From positions 1,568,001-1,632,000 of the forward strand of contig CBDCTZ010000016.1 in NCBI GenBank assembly GCA_965222375.1: 64,000 nucleotides of DNA, read 5' to 3'. The notes beneath the pieces are model-generated. The model was given only the letters and a program-made list of their open reading frames with translations, made no database searches and was not told where the DNA came from. Shown here in pieces: positions 40,742 to 50,702 of the stretch. The DNA comes from Polyangiaceae bacterium. Its GTDB lineage: Bacteria; Myxococcota_A; Polyangia; Polyangiales; Polyangiaceae. Within the stretch, counting starts at the first letter, position 1, and each line of letters begins with the position of its first letter. The position numbers and the translations under genes were made by a program.

Positions 40742-41086
40742 TGCTAGTGAGGTGGCCACGTTTAGGCGGCTAACTCGAACCTGCGCCTCCAGCAACAAAA
40801 CTGCCCGTCATGATTGCGTCAGGCTTGGGGCCGCCAGTGATCTGGCGCTTTTCCCCGGTTTTTTTCGGCAGACCTCGGGGCGCATAGGATACGAGTTTCA
40901 ACCACAGTGCACTCACGGCTGAAGCCGCGAGGGTAACTGTTGGTGTCGCTCCAGCTTTGGCGCTCGGGACGGGGAAGTTTTGGACGGCACCCCTGGTATC
41001 AGGGCGGCGGGGGCGTCCGCTTCTTTTTGCGTGCGCCCGAGTCTTCCCGGCGAGCTTGGTTCTCGCCCACAAGGAGTGAGCGACAA

Positions 41087-43306
41087 ATGGAATCACGGAT
41101 AGGTATTGGTCGCGTGCTGAGCGTGGCCCTGGGCATTGGGGCGCTGTGTATCGGCGCAGCCACGGGCTGCGGTAGCGATGGCAGCAGCAGTACCGCAACC
41201 GGGGGAACCGGCGCGGTTGGCGCGACCGGCGGTGCCGGAGCCGCGGACGGCGGCGGCGGATTCGGAAACTTCGGTGGCAGCGCAGGCGCTGGCAACACCG
41301 GCGGTGCAGGTCCGTGTCCCGGCGCCACGCTCTGCGGCAGCAGCTGCACCAACACGGATTTCGATCCCGCGAACTGCGGCAGCTGCGGCAACGCATGCCC
41401 CACGGGTCAGTTCTGCTCCGCCGGCGTTTGCGGGCTCTCCTGCGGTGGTGGCTCCACTCTATGTACTGACAAGTGCGTGGATACCCAGAACGATCCCGCC
41501 AACTGCGGCGCCTGCGGCAAAGCCTGCGCAAGCGGTGAGGTTTGCTCGTCGGGCACTTGCGGCCTGACCTGCGTCGGCGGTTCCACGAAGTGCGATGACA
41601 AGTGCGTGGACATCAACACGGACCCTGCCAACTGTGGCGCCTGCGCCAAAGCCTGCCCGACCGGACAGGTCTGCTCCTCAGGCACCTGCGGGCTGTCTTG
41701 TGTTGGTGGAACGACCCTGTGCACTGACAAGTGCACCAACACCAATCAGGATCCGGCCAACTGCGGCTCCTGTGGCAACGTGTGCCAGGGCGGTCAGGTC
41801 TGTGACCAGGGCACCTGTGCCCTCAACTGCAGCGGCGGCAGCACCAAATGCGGCAGCGCCTGCGTGGACACGAACACGGACTCCGCGAACTGCGGCGCCT
41901 GCGGCAAGGTCTGCGGCTCGGGCCAGGTTTGCAGCTCTGGGACTTGTGCCAGCGTCTGCGGCGGCAGCCTCGCCAAGTGCGGCAACAGCTGCGTCGACAC
42001 TCAGTCTGACGTCGCCAACTGTGGCGCCTGCGGCAAGGCCTGCGGCCAAGGCGAGTTCTGCACCTCGGGCACTTGCACCCCGTGCAACAGCGCCACCACC
42101 GACTGCGATGGCGACGGCTGGCTCGCCTCAGAAGGCGACTGCTGTGACAAGCCTGGTGTGTGCGGCAACGAGCCCAATCTGGTCAATCCCGGCGCCCTCG
42201 AAGTGGTGGGTAACGGTATCGACGACAACTGCAACAGCTTGATCGATCTCTTCGACCAGCTGGACACTGTACCTTGCGACTCGAGTCTCTCGAGTAGCTC
42301 CACGGTTGCCGGTGATTACGCCAAGGCCATGGGGCTGTGCCGGACCACGACAGAGACGCCGGCGCAGAAGAAGGACAAGACCTGGGGTCTCATCTCGGCC
42401 CAGATCCTTCGCGCGGACGGCAGCGGTCTCAGTGATGCCCGAGCCCGCAGCATCCGCCCCAAGTTCGGCAACGGCAATGCCCCGGTCGAGGGCAGCGCCA
42501 TGGTCGTACTTTCCAGCGGGATCGCAGCGGATTCGACGCAAACCTCACCGGGGCCCAACGGCGGCGCTCCAGGCGGCTCCAATGTGTCCTCGACCCATGC
42601 GCCGGCGAGTTCGGTGAACATCTCGACCTGCACGAATCCGAACTGCATCAAGGATTGGTTCCAGACGGCGAACCCACCATTGAAGTCGGCCAACGCGTTG
42701 CCCGCCGCCCCCAACTGCGGCAGCGGAACTACAGGTCAGCCCACACTGGCCCGGGATTCCGTGATGCTGCGCCTCCGCATGCGTGCCCCGACGAACGTGC
42801 GAGCATTCTCCTTCAACTCGTACTTCATCTCTGCGGAGTACCCGGAGTTCGTATGCACGAACTACAACGACCAACTCGTTGCTCTCGTGAACACACCCTC
42901 GGGCACGCCGTCTCCCATCGCCAACCCCGTCGACAAGAACCTGATGACGTTCTTGGATTCGGGCGGCAAGAAGTGGCCCATCGGCATCAATGTGGCGGCT
43001 GGCACCAATCTGTTCGCGGTGTGTGAGTCCCAAGCATCGAATCCGGGCTGCTGGGATACGGACGTCGCGAGCACGTCATGTGCCTTGGGTATGAACGGGC
43101 TGCTTGGTACGGGCTTCGAAAAGTCCGGCACGTGCCTCATCGGTGGCGGTACCTATTGGCTCACCACTGCCGGCAACGTCATCCCAGGTGAAATCGTCGA
43201 TCTGCGGATCGTGATCTGGGACGTGGGCGATACCGTCTTCGACTCCGTCGCCTTGCTCGACGGCTTCAAGTGGCTCGCCAACGCAACCCTGCCCGGCACC
43301 GGCTGA
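41087..43306 (+). CDS. Large lipoprotein with six ~43-aa Cys-rich (Stig1-like) repeats and a C-terminal choice-of-anchor-L-like domain
   Basis: AAGGAG RBS; ATGC lipobox; C..CVDT..DPANCGACG.AC..G..C..G.C x6; SAEYPEFVCTNYND...IWDVGDTVFDSVALLD. Confidence 0.9.
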   Translation: MESRIGIGRVLSVALGIGALCIGAATGCGSDGSSSTATGGTGAVGATGGAGAADGGGGFGNFGGSAGAGNTGGAGPCPGATLCGSSCTNTDFDPANCGSCGNACPTGQFCSAGVCGLSCGGGSTLCTDKCVDTQNDPANCGACGKACASGEVCSSGTCGLTCVGGSTKCDDKCVDINTDPANCGACAKACPTGQVCSSGTCGLSCVGGTTLCTDKCTNTNQDPANCGSCGNVCQGGQVCDQGTCALNCSGGSTKCGSACVDTNTDSANCGACGKVCGSGQVCSSGTCASVCGGSLAKCGNSCVDTQSDVANCGACGKACGQGEFCTSGTCTPCNSATTDCDGDGWLASEGDCCDKPGVCGNEPNLVNPGALEVVGNGIDDNCNSLIDLFDQLDTVPCDSSLSSSSTVAGDYAKAMGLCRTTTETPAQKKDKTWGLISAQILRADGSGLSDARARSIRPKFGNGNAPVEGSAMVVLSSGIAADSTQTSPGPNGGAPGGSNVSSTHAPASSVNISTCTNPNCIKDWFQTANPPLKSANALPAAPNCGSGTTGQPTLARDSVMLRLRMRAPTNVRAFSFNSYFISAEYPEFVCTNYNDQLVALVNTPSGTPSPIANPVDKNLMTFLDSGGKKWPIGINVAAGTNLFAVCESQASNPGCWDTDVASTSCALGMNGLLGTGFEKSGTCLIGGGTYWLTTAGNVIPGEIVDLRIVIWDVGDTVFDSVALLDGFKWLANATLPGTG

Positions 43307-43475
43307 GCAGCAAACCCAAGCTGACCGCGCGCTTGCGTGGACAATCCGACCGGCGGTGGCGCGAGCCCAGAGGCGCCATTGCCGGTCTTCTTTTCGTGCG
43401 ATTCGTTGGGGTGCGTCGATCATCCAGGGCACCCCTCGAGCGGGGGCCTCTGCGTTGGCAGGGTTCGGGTCGTTG

Positions 43476-43521
43476 TTTTGTTTGGGGTCGGGGCATTGGG
43501 CGACGCGGCAGCACTAATCTC
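43476..43521 (-). repeat. Dispersed bipartite motif, copy D
   Basis: Minus strand GAGATTAGTG-N21-CGACCCC AAACAAAA. Confidence 0.8.
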
Positions 43522-43583
43522 GCTATTTGCGGCAGGGTTCGGGTCGGTTTTTGCGCGCCCGCGCCAAGTGTTAACTTCGTGGC

Positions 43584-43799
43584 ATGAAGTACCGGGGTTG
43601 CGCGGTTGGGGCGGTGCTCCTTCTGGGAGCGTCCGGTTGCGAGGACAAATCCAAGAAGTGCATGGAGGCCTGCGGGACGGCCCATGCGAAGTCGTTCGTT
43701 GAGTGTGAGGCGCTGGCCACCGACGACGAAAAGGACAAGTGCGAGAAACGCATCGACGAGGTGCACGACGCTTGCGAGAAGGCCTGCAAGAAGAAGTAG
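43584..43799 (+). CDS. Small Cys-containing helical lipoprotein
   Basis: LGASGC lipobox; CxxxC motifs; TAACTT 6 nt upstream. Confidence 0.75.
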   Translation: MKYRGCAVGAVLLLGASGCEDKSKKCMEACGTAHAKSFVECEALATDDEKDKCEKRIDEVHDACEKACKKK

Positions 43800-43871
43800 C
43801 TGCTTCGCGGCATTGCCATGCTGCTTTCTACGAGGCGACATCTCGATCTCTTCAATCTTCAACCTCCGCTC

Positions 43872-44261
43872 ATGAATTCCTCAAGATCACGTACGAGTCG
43901 CTTGCCAATTCTTGCCTTGGCGTTGATTGTGGTGGGTCTGCTTGCCTGCAAGGGCTCTTCCAAAACATGTCGAGCCAAGTTGGATTGGCAGGGCAAGAGC
44001 TTCGAGGGAACAGGCAAGGGCGAGCAGGAAGCAAAAGGGAGCGTATGCCTCGGCTGGTGCGCGCACCACGATCCCGCTGTCGACGCCCTTTGGCGCAAGT
44101 GGAAGGCGACGCCAAGGGGAGCGAAGTCCAAGGACACCCGTTTCGGTGAAGTGTACTCCTGGGTTCCGGGTGGGAAGGCGACCTTGAACGAGTGTAAAGA
44201 TCGCTGCTTGCGGCATATTGCCTCGACCCAACCGAAGCCTGTGACGATCAGTTGCCCCTAG
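43872..44261 (+). CDS. Small lipoprotein
   Basis: ILALALIVVGLLAC lipobox. Confidence 0.7.
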   Translation: MNSSRSRTSRLPILALALIVVGLLACKGSSKTCRAKLDWQGKSFEGTGKGEQEAKGSVCLGWCAHHDPAVDALWRKWKATPRGAKSKDTRFGEVYSWVPGGKATLNECKDRCLRHIASTQPKPVTISCP

Positions 44262-44390
44262 CTACATCCCACGCGCTCGGCGGAACTCCGCGCTGAAGCG
44301 GGAGCCAGCAAGACCCACCGAGTGCCGAAATTCCATGCTCCAATCCCAGCCTCGGGTGCTTCGGGCTTTGCGCCGAATGCGGGTGCAGCC

Positions 44391-44966
44391 ATGATGCGGC
44401 GCATGAGAGCGTATGGAATCGCAGCAGCCGTCGGATTGTGTTTCACTTTCGCCTGCGGCGCGCAGCAGCGTCCACCGGCCGAACCCCTCGCGGAGAACTG
44501 CTCCGGTGGCAGCGACGAGGATGGCGATGGCAAAGTCGATTGCAACGATGAAGACTGCGCCGCGGCCATCAACTGCCAGTCGGCGCGCGAGCATTGTTCC
44601 AATCTCGAGGACGACAATGGCGACGGCAAGGCCGACTGTGACGACCCACAGTGCCAGAGCTCACCTACGTGTCAGCCGTCCCGGGAGCATTGCTCCAATG
44701 CCAGCGACGACGACGGTGACGGCAAGGCCGACTGCGACGACGAAGACTGCAAAACCGCCCCCACCTGTCAGCCGAATCGGGAGCATTGCTCCAACGGGCA
44801 GGACGACGACGGTGACGGCAAGGCCGACTGCGACGACGACGAGTGCAAGGCGGCACCCACCTGTCAGCCCAATCGGGAACACTGCTCCAACGGCCAGGAT
44901 GACGACGGTGACGGCAAGATCGATTGCAAAGACGACGAGTGCAAGGCGGCACCGACCTGCCATTGA
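44391..44966 (+). CDS. Lipoprotein made of five 32-aa Asp/Cys-rich repeats (DDDGDG, likely Ca-binding)
   Basis: FTFAC lipobox; EHCSNGQDDDGDGKADCDDDECKAAPTCQPNR-type unit x5. Confidence 0.88.
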   Translation: MMRRMRAYGIAAAVGLCFTFACGAQQRPPAEPLAENCSGGSDEDGDGKVDCNDEDCAAAINCQSAREHCSNLEDDNGDGKADCDDPQCQSSPTCQPSREHCSNASDDDGDGKADCDDEDCKTAPTCQPNREHCSNGQDDDGDGKADCDDDECKAAPTCQPNREHCSNGQDDDGDGKIDCKDDECKAAPTCH

Positions 44967-45091
44967 GGGCGAGGGAGCCGGCTGCTGCCGCCTCCACCCA
45001 GGGACGCAAACTTGCGCCGTCCAGGTTCAGGATGTGGCTCCGGTGGCACCGCCACGGCTCATGAGAGTTGCCACGAGGAAGGGCCGGTCCG

Positions 45092-46156
45092 TCACGGCAA
45101 CCAAACGGTTGGATCCCCTCTGAGCACGGCGGGTGCACGCCCGAGTTCGTTGCCGTTCAGGCCGTCGACGATCAACGTGCCCACACCATCTGGAATCAAC
45201 AGCGTATCACCCTTGACCCCAATGGCGTGAATGATCGCCTCCGGCCCAGTCCAAGCCGTGGTCGGGGTGCCGCTGGATTTGTCGATCGCCAAGACAACGC
45301 CGGTATCGTCGCCGGGGTCACGGTTGGCGATGTAGACACGCTCGCTGCCCACCACCATGTACATGTTCTTCGGGTCGGCGGTGGGCAAGATCAGCGCGTT
45401 CAGGTCGATGGTCTGCGTGATGGATAGGTCTGCTTTGGCGATCTTGTGCAACTTGTAGACGTTCGTATCGAAGACCCACACGGCGTCGCTGCCGACTGCA
45501 AGCTCGCCATTGCCAGCAAACGCGCCGCGCGGGCCCGTGGGGTCCGCGGGGTTTTCTCCCAAGGGAACGCCGAGCTCGCGCATTCGCGTTGCGCGTGAAT
45601 ACTTCACCAAGCCGAAGGAGCTCCCGTAGAGCACATAGACGGAACTCTCGTCGGCGTCGATCCCGTCGAAGCGGTCGAGAAACTCCGCGTCCGCGGCTAG
45701 CGCCGTGGCCGTTTCCGTGACGGTGTCGAATACGACGGGGCCTGCATTGCTTCCGGAGTTGGCAAACCACACCTCGGTCCCCGCGAGGGTCGCATGGTCC
45801 AGAGTCACGGTGGAAGCCGGTGCGTCGAAGGGTCCGCGTAGGTTGCTGCCATCCGTGTTCATGCCGTAGATCTTGTCAGCCGACGTGGCCATCCACACGC
45901 CGGTAGCAGCGGATGCATCAAACGTGACGCTGGCGTCCGCAAAGCCCGCCATGATCGGAGCTGAGCCATCACCATCCATGGGCCAACCGATCTTCCCACC
46001 TTCGGTGAACACGGTTCCCGTGAACCCGGCGCTGCTGCCGCCGGTCCCGGCGCCGCCGCCGCCGGTCCCGGCGCCGCCGCCGCCGCTACTCCCGGAACAT
46101 GCCATCGACGTTGCCGATATCCAGAGGGAAAGAACAAGTGCAACGCTTCGCTTCAT
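45092..46156 (-). CDS. Lipoprotein with beta-propeller-like domain
   Basis: GAGGAG RBS; TSMAC lipobox; repeated VW/VY strands. Confidence 0.8.
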   Translation of the reverse strand: MKRSVALVLSLWISATSMACSGSSGGGGAGTGGGGAGTGGSSAGFTGTVFTEGGKIGWPMDGDGSAPIMAGFADASVTFDASAATGVWMATSADKIYGMNTDGSNLRGPFDAPASTVTLDHATLAGTEVWFANSGSNAGPVVFDTVTETATALAADAEFLDRFDGIDADESSVYVLYGSSFGLVKYSRATRMRELGVPLGENPADPTGPRGAFAGNGELAVGSDAVWVFDTNVYKLHKIAKADLSITQTIDLNALILPTADPKNMYMVVGSERVYIANRDPGDDTGVVLAIDKSSGTPTTAWTGPEAIIHAIGVKGDTLLIPDGVGTLIVDGLNGNELGRAPAVLRGDPTVWLP

Positions 46157-46479
46157 GGGTCTCCTCGCGTGGTTGGGGTCACGACTTCTGACAAGGCGCC
46201 GCACACCTGGGCTGCCTCTCTTCCCCAGTTCCTTCATGAAGTGGGGACTGTGGCGCGGCGCTGGAGGTCGTTTCGACAATGGCGTTTTCCTCGATGGTCA
46301 ACCTGACACATCAGGGACGCCCTTGTTGTGAGCAGATCGCGATCCAAGCGTGATCAAGTGGCTTGACGCGATGCCGACGTGGGAGACAGGCTGGGGCGTC
46401 GGAGGCGCGGCGCGGGCGACTCTGTGGACGCGGCGGGCTCTCATGGGCCCAGAGGCGGCGGCCCCGCACCGCAGAATTC

Positions 46480-46537
46480 GAGAGTAGTGCTCCAGCGACG
46501 GCCCAACGCCGCGACCCCACCCCCAAACCAAACTCCC
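46480..46537 (+). repeat. Dispersed bipartite motif, copy E
   Basis: GAGAGTAGTG-N22-CGACCCC ACCCCCAAACCAAA. Confidence 0.8.
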
Positions 46538-46541
46538 GCGC

Positions 46542-48392
46542 TCAGCTTCCTCGAGTCGACAGCTCTCGCAATTGCCAAGCACTGACCTGCAACTGCAGCT
46601 CAGCTTGGTTTAGGGAGTCTCGCAGGTGGGCTGTGGAAAGGGCACCAGTGATGACGCTGCCCAAGCTTGCGACGATCAACAAGATGTAGCTCGGGGTTCG
46701 GGCTAGCTCAATGGCGTTGGGGCTGATGTGCATTCCGGCCGCATCAAAGACGTAGCGTGCGCCGCCAATCCCGAACAGTTCCAGCATCGCAGGGATCAAG
46801 ACCGCACAGACTCCGGCGATGATCGCAATCGCTCGTTGGCTGCGCTCGAGCACGAGCCCATAAGCGGCCGTGTTGACTGCGATCAGGGCGGGCATCATCA
46901 CGAGTGCGCCGAACAACGAGCTGGTGAACGCGAACGCGAGAGTGCTGAGCAGCATGCAAGCCAAGACGGCCCTCGGTGGAGCCATACGGGAGCGGGCGAC
47001 GCCCAAGACGCCCAACGCGGTCAGACCGGTCAGCACGTAGAGGACGATGATCGAAGTCGGGTCTCGCAGACCAGCCCAGAGAACGAGCGGCAGGTAAAGC
47101 AGCAAGCTCGTGTAGGCCACAGCGGCGCCACGAGCTCCTCGTCGGGTTCGCTCGATTCGCGCCTTCTCCATTGCTTCGGTCACCTCGTCGGGCACCGACT
47201 TCAGCGGCGTGCTCAGCAATTGAGCCAGGGTCTCCAGTGCCGTGCCAGATGTGGGATCTAGTGCCAAGGCGCGTCCCAACTCCCGCAGCGCAATCTTACG
47301 CGCCTTCAGGGAGTTGGCGCTGGCCGCCTCTGAGAGGTGCTTGGTTGCGCGCTGGATGTGCTGCGCCGCCAACTCTTTCTGCCGCTCGCGGTCCCGCTCG
47401 CCGTCCAAGAAGCGCTCGATGCCTTCGTGTAGCTCGCGGGCGGATTGCAGGCGTTTGTGTTCGCCGCGCCGAGTAGCTGCAATGCATAACGCGTCCAGTT
47501 CGGGGGCGATGTTTGCGTCCGGGCAGCGCTCGCGTGGGGAACCATGTATGCCCCTTCGGGTATCTTTGATCGCTTGGTCCGCACTGGAGACGTGTAGGGC
47601 CTGCCCGGTGAGGATTTCGAACAGGATCGCGCCCAAGGAATACACGTCGGATGCTGGGGTCAACGCGGCGGTGGCGTCCTCGAGCTGCTCCGGCGACGCG
47701 TAGCCGGGGGTACCAAGCACGTCGCCGATGCGCGTGACCCTGTGACCGTCCGGCGAGGGCGAAACTCCGTCGGGGCCCGAGTCTGCCGCGCCGACTTCGC
47801 CGATCAGGCGAGCCAAACCCCAGTCTATGACGGTTATCTCGCCGAACTTGCCCAGCATCAGATTGCCAGGCTTCAGATCCCGATGCAGTACCCCGCGCTG
47901 GTGCGCGTAGTCTACGGCCAAGCACACACGGGAAAGTGCCGCCAAGAGTCGGCGTTGAGAATACTCTTCGCGATAGCGTTCGGGGTACCATTTGAGTCGG
48001 CTCAGGACTTTGCGCAGCGTAATGCCCCGGACGCGCTTCATGGCGAATGCTGCACGCCCCTCCGCGTCGAGGCCCAATTCATACACCGAAGGCACCGCCG
48101 GGTGCTCGAGCTGACCTTGCAGTCGCGCTTCGCGCACGAAGCGCACTTGGGCGCTCGGATCGCTGACCTCGAGGCGCTTGAGAGCAATGTCACGCCCGAT
48201 CTGGCTGTCGTGACACTGGATCACCGTGCCCATGCCCCCCACGCCCAAGACTTCACCGAATTCGTAGCGGCTGCTGAGTGGGACAATCGCAGCCGCGCCG
48301 TCCAGGCGCACCGGGAGTTCTGGCGTGCTTGGGTCCGCCCCGGGTGGGCTCTCCGAGGCGGACGGGTGGTTGCGGTCCGTAGGCTCGTTCAT
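46542..48392 (-). CDS. Ser/Thr protein kinase with C-terminal multi-TM domain
   Basis: LGVGGMG, IALK, HRDLKPGN, DWG, GTPGYASPEQ; about six hydrophobic helices. Confidence 0.93.
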   Translation of the reverse strand: MNEPTDRNHPSASESPPGADPSTPELPVRLDGAAAIVPLSSRYEFGEVLGVGGMGTVIQCHDSQIGRDIALKRLEVSDPSAQVRFVREARLQGQLEHPAVPSVYELGLDAEGRAAFAMKRVRGITLRKVLSRLKWYPERYREEYSQRRLLAALSRVCLAVDYAHQRGVLHRDLKPGNLMLGKFGEITVIDWGLARLIGEVGAADSGPDGVSPSPDGHRVTRIGDVLGTPGYASPEQLEDATAALTPASDVYSLGAILFEILTGQALHVSSADQAIKDTRRGIHGSPRERCPDANIAPELDALCIAATRRGEHKRLQSARELHEGIERFLDGERDRERQKELAAQHIQRATKHLSEAASANSLKARKIALRELGRALALDPTSGTALETLAQLLSTPLKSVPDEVTEAMEKARIERTRRGARGAAVAYTSLLLYLPLVLWAGLRDPTSIIVLYVLTGLTALGVLGVARSRMAPPRAVLACMLLSTLAFAFTSSLFGALVMMPALIAVNTAAYGLVLERSQRAIAIIAGVCAVLIPAMLELFGIGGARYVFDAAGMHISPNAIELARTPSYILLIVASLGSVITGALSTAHLRDSLNQAELQLQVSAWQLRELSTRGS

Positions 48393-48622
48393 GACACCGT
48401 GAGCATCGCTGCTGTCGCAGGCCGAGTCGACCCGCAATGCCGCGCGATTATGCTCAGCTCGCTAGCAGGCGTTTGGGAAACCGGCGGCCGAGGCCAGTCG
48501 GATTGTGCGGCTCCTGGGGAGTCCGACTCCCACCATGTCGCACCCCCCGGCGGCGGGCGGGTGGACGCCGCAGCAGTGAACAGAGGCGTGCGGCCGGTCC
48601 GATATTTGGCTAGAATGGGGGC

Positions 48623-49615
48623 GTGACTACCAAGCCATCTCTCAAGCGCGTGACCTCATTCTCTCTTCGATCCTGTCGGCCACTGGGGCTGGGCGTGAGT
48701 GCCCTGTTTGTTCTCGGTGCTTGCTCCAGCAGTGATCGCGAGTTCGAAAACAAGAACAAGGATGCTGGCTCCAGTGGTGGAACGGCGGGCAGTGGCGGCG
48801 GAACCGCGGGCGGTGGAGCTGCGGGTAGCGGTGCGACGGGCGGCAGCAGTGGCAGCGCGGGCTCCACGACCGGTGGCGCCGGAGGCGTGGCGGGCTCTGG
48901 GACCGGTGGCGCGGGCGGTGCAGGTGGCGCCGGGGGCGCCGGCGGTGCGGCGTGTACGACCTCGGACCCCGACTGCGAATGCGTTGGCGGCAAGGTGCAG
49001 GCCAAAGACGCTGACGGTGACGGTCAGGGCAGCATCGACTGTGCCGAGGCCCCGGGAACGGACTGCGATGACAACGACAAGAACTATCAGATCAACGCTT
49101 GCGGCGGATGCGCGAAGCTAACCGGCGTCCCCAACCAGCTATGTGGTCAGTGTGGGACCTGGGCCTGCGACGGCAAGGAAAAGCTCAAGTGCAGTGTTGC
49201 CAGCCCGGCGCCCACGCGTTGCGGCAACTCCACCACACCCGAACTGTGCGTAGCTGGCAATTGGGTTCCTCAAACTCAGTGTTCGGGCAAGCTGCCCGTG
49301 TGCTTGAACGCGAAGTGCGTGCAATGCACGCCCGGCGCGTTCAAGTGCAGCGCCTACGGTACCCAAGGCGATACGGTCGGCTACAAATGCTTAGCAACTG
49401 GCTCGTGGGAATCGAGCTGGAGCGTGTCCTGCCTCAAGTCCAAAGGCTTGACCTGCAACGTTGCCGCTGAGAAGTGTACGAGCTTGCTGCTGCCGCAGGA
49501 CCACAGCTTCGAGATACTGGATCCGAGCTTCAAGCGGTCGGAAGATCGCCTCGGCGAAGGCCTTAGGCCGACCCGGGACGTGCTCGACCTGGCGAGCGGC
49601 TTCGAGTTCGCCTGA
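48623..49615 (+). CDS. Cys-rich lipoprotein
   Basis: VLGAC lipobox, Gly linker, DADGDG..DCDD; TAGAAT 6 nt upstream of the GTG. Confidence 0.8.
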   Translation: MTTKPSLKRVTSFSLRSCRPLGLGVSALFVLGACSSSDREFENKNKDAGSSGGTAGSGGGTAGGGAAGSGATGGSSGSAGSTTGGAGGVAGSGTGGAGGAGGAGGAGGAACTTSDPDCECVGGKVQAKDADGDGQGSIDCAEAPGTDCDDNDKNYQINACGGCAKLTGVPNQLCGQCGTWACDGKEKLKCSVASPAPTRCGNSTTPELCVAGNWVPQTQCSGKLPVCLNAKCVQCTPGAFKCSAYGTQGDTVGYKCLATGSWESSWSVSCLKSKGLTCNVAAEKCTSLLLPQDHSFEILDPSFKRSEDRLGEGLRPTRDVLDLASGFEFA

Positions 49616-49625
49616 TAGCGCCGGA

Positions 49626-50648
49626 ATGCTCCTGATCGGCAGTCGGGCGATCGTCCACTACTTTCCGGACTTCCGCTCGCCCAGGGACTGGGACCTGTAC
49701 GGCACCACCGCGGAAATCGAAGAGCTGGCTCAGCGCGTGCCTCGGATGAAAGGCAAAGTGCCTCAGGACTACCGGGGGATCTTCGTCTACGACGATGCGA
49801 TGGTGGAGGTCGAGAACATCGAGGATTCCCCCGAGTGGGCGCGGATCTACGAGGCCTTCCGAGACGAGCCCACGATCGAGGAGCCGGTGCTCGGGACCTT
49901 GACCCTCGCGCCAGCGGCCTTCTTGATGCTGACCAAGCAGTGCGGGCTCATCTACGATATCAGGCACTGGCACAAGAACTTGGAGGACCTCTACTTCTTG
50001 CGGGACCGCATCACGAGCGTTCCCGACGTGGTCACTCGGGTGATGCCCCACGTCTTGGCGGCTTCGCGAAAGATGTTCGCGGACTATACTGCGGCTATCG
50101 CGAGGGCACGTGAGCCTTGCTACTCTTCCGACACGGAGCAGTCCCCGGATCCACCCAACGAGCTGCATGCGGAGCTGCACGAAGCGTTGGCGCACGGCGG
50201 CGCGCCGTTAGTGCACGAGCCAGGCGCTTGGCGAGCCTATCCCGACGTAGATCCGGCGGCGCGGCGCGAGAAGATGATTCGGCTGCTTGCTGAAGAGGCG
50301 CAAGTGATCGCTGGCGAGCAATTGCTCACTCGGGGGTTCGGCACCCAGGAAGAGGACGAGCGTGCTGCCGTGCGCTGGGCACTACGAGTGTTGATCACGA
50401 GCCGCTTGCCCGAAAGCTGGCGCTACTTTGGCGTCAACCACTACCGCGAGATCATGGCCGCGATCCCTCGTGGCTGGAGTTCGCATCTCGCGGAGCTATC
50501 GGTTCGCTATCCGCGTCCCGTAGACCCGTGCGGTCAATTCCTGGTCGATCTCGGTTGCGATGGTGACCAAGCGCTCACGGAGACGTGCGGGCAGGGCCCT
50601 CAGGCGCCTCACGCTGCGAGGCCCCCTAGACTGCGATTTTGCTCCTAA
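49626..50648 (+). CDS. Pol-beta-superfamily nucleotidyltransferase-like protein resembling a phage family
   Basis: MLLIGSRA...PRDWDL (GS..DxD); later WHKNLED, LHEALA, EEAQVIA.E, NHY motifs. Confidence 0.7.
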   Translation: MLLIGSRAIVHYFPDFRSPRDWDLYGTTAEIEELAQRVPRMKGKVPQDYRGIFVYDDAMVEVENIEDSPEWARIYEAFRDEPTIEEPVLGTLTLAPAAFLMLTKQCGLIYDIRHWHKNLEDLYFLRDRITSVPDVVTRVMPHVLAASRKMFADYTAAIARAREPCYSSDTEQSPDPPNELHAELHEALAHGGAPLVHEPGAWRAYPDVDPAARREKMIRLLAEEAQVIAGEQLLTRGFGTQEEDERAAVRWALRVLITSRLPESWRYFGVNHYREIMAAIPRGWSSHLAELSVRYPRPVDPCGQFLVDLGCDGDQALTETCGQGPQAPHAARPPRLRFCS

Positions 50649-50702
50649 CGTGGCAATTCGTGCTGCCGCAGTTCCCGAGGACTCCGCGGGGCCCCACGAC
50701 GC

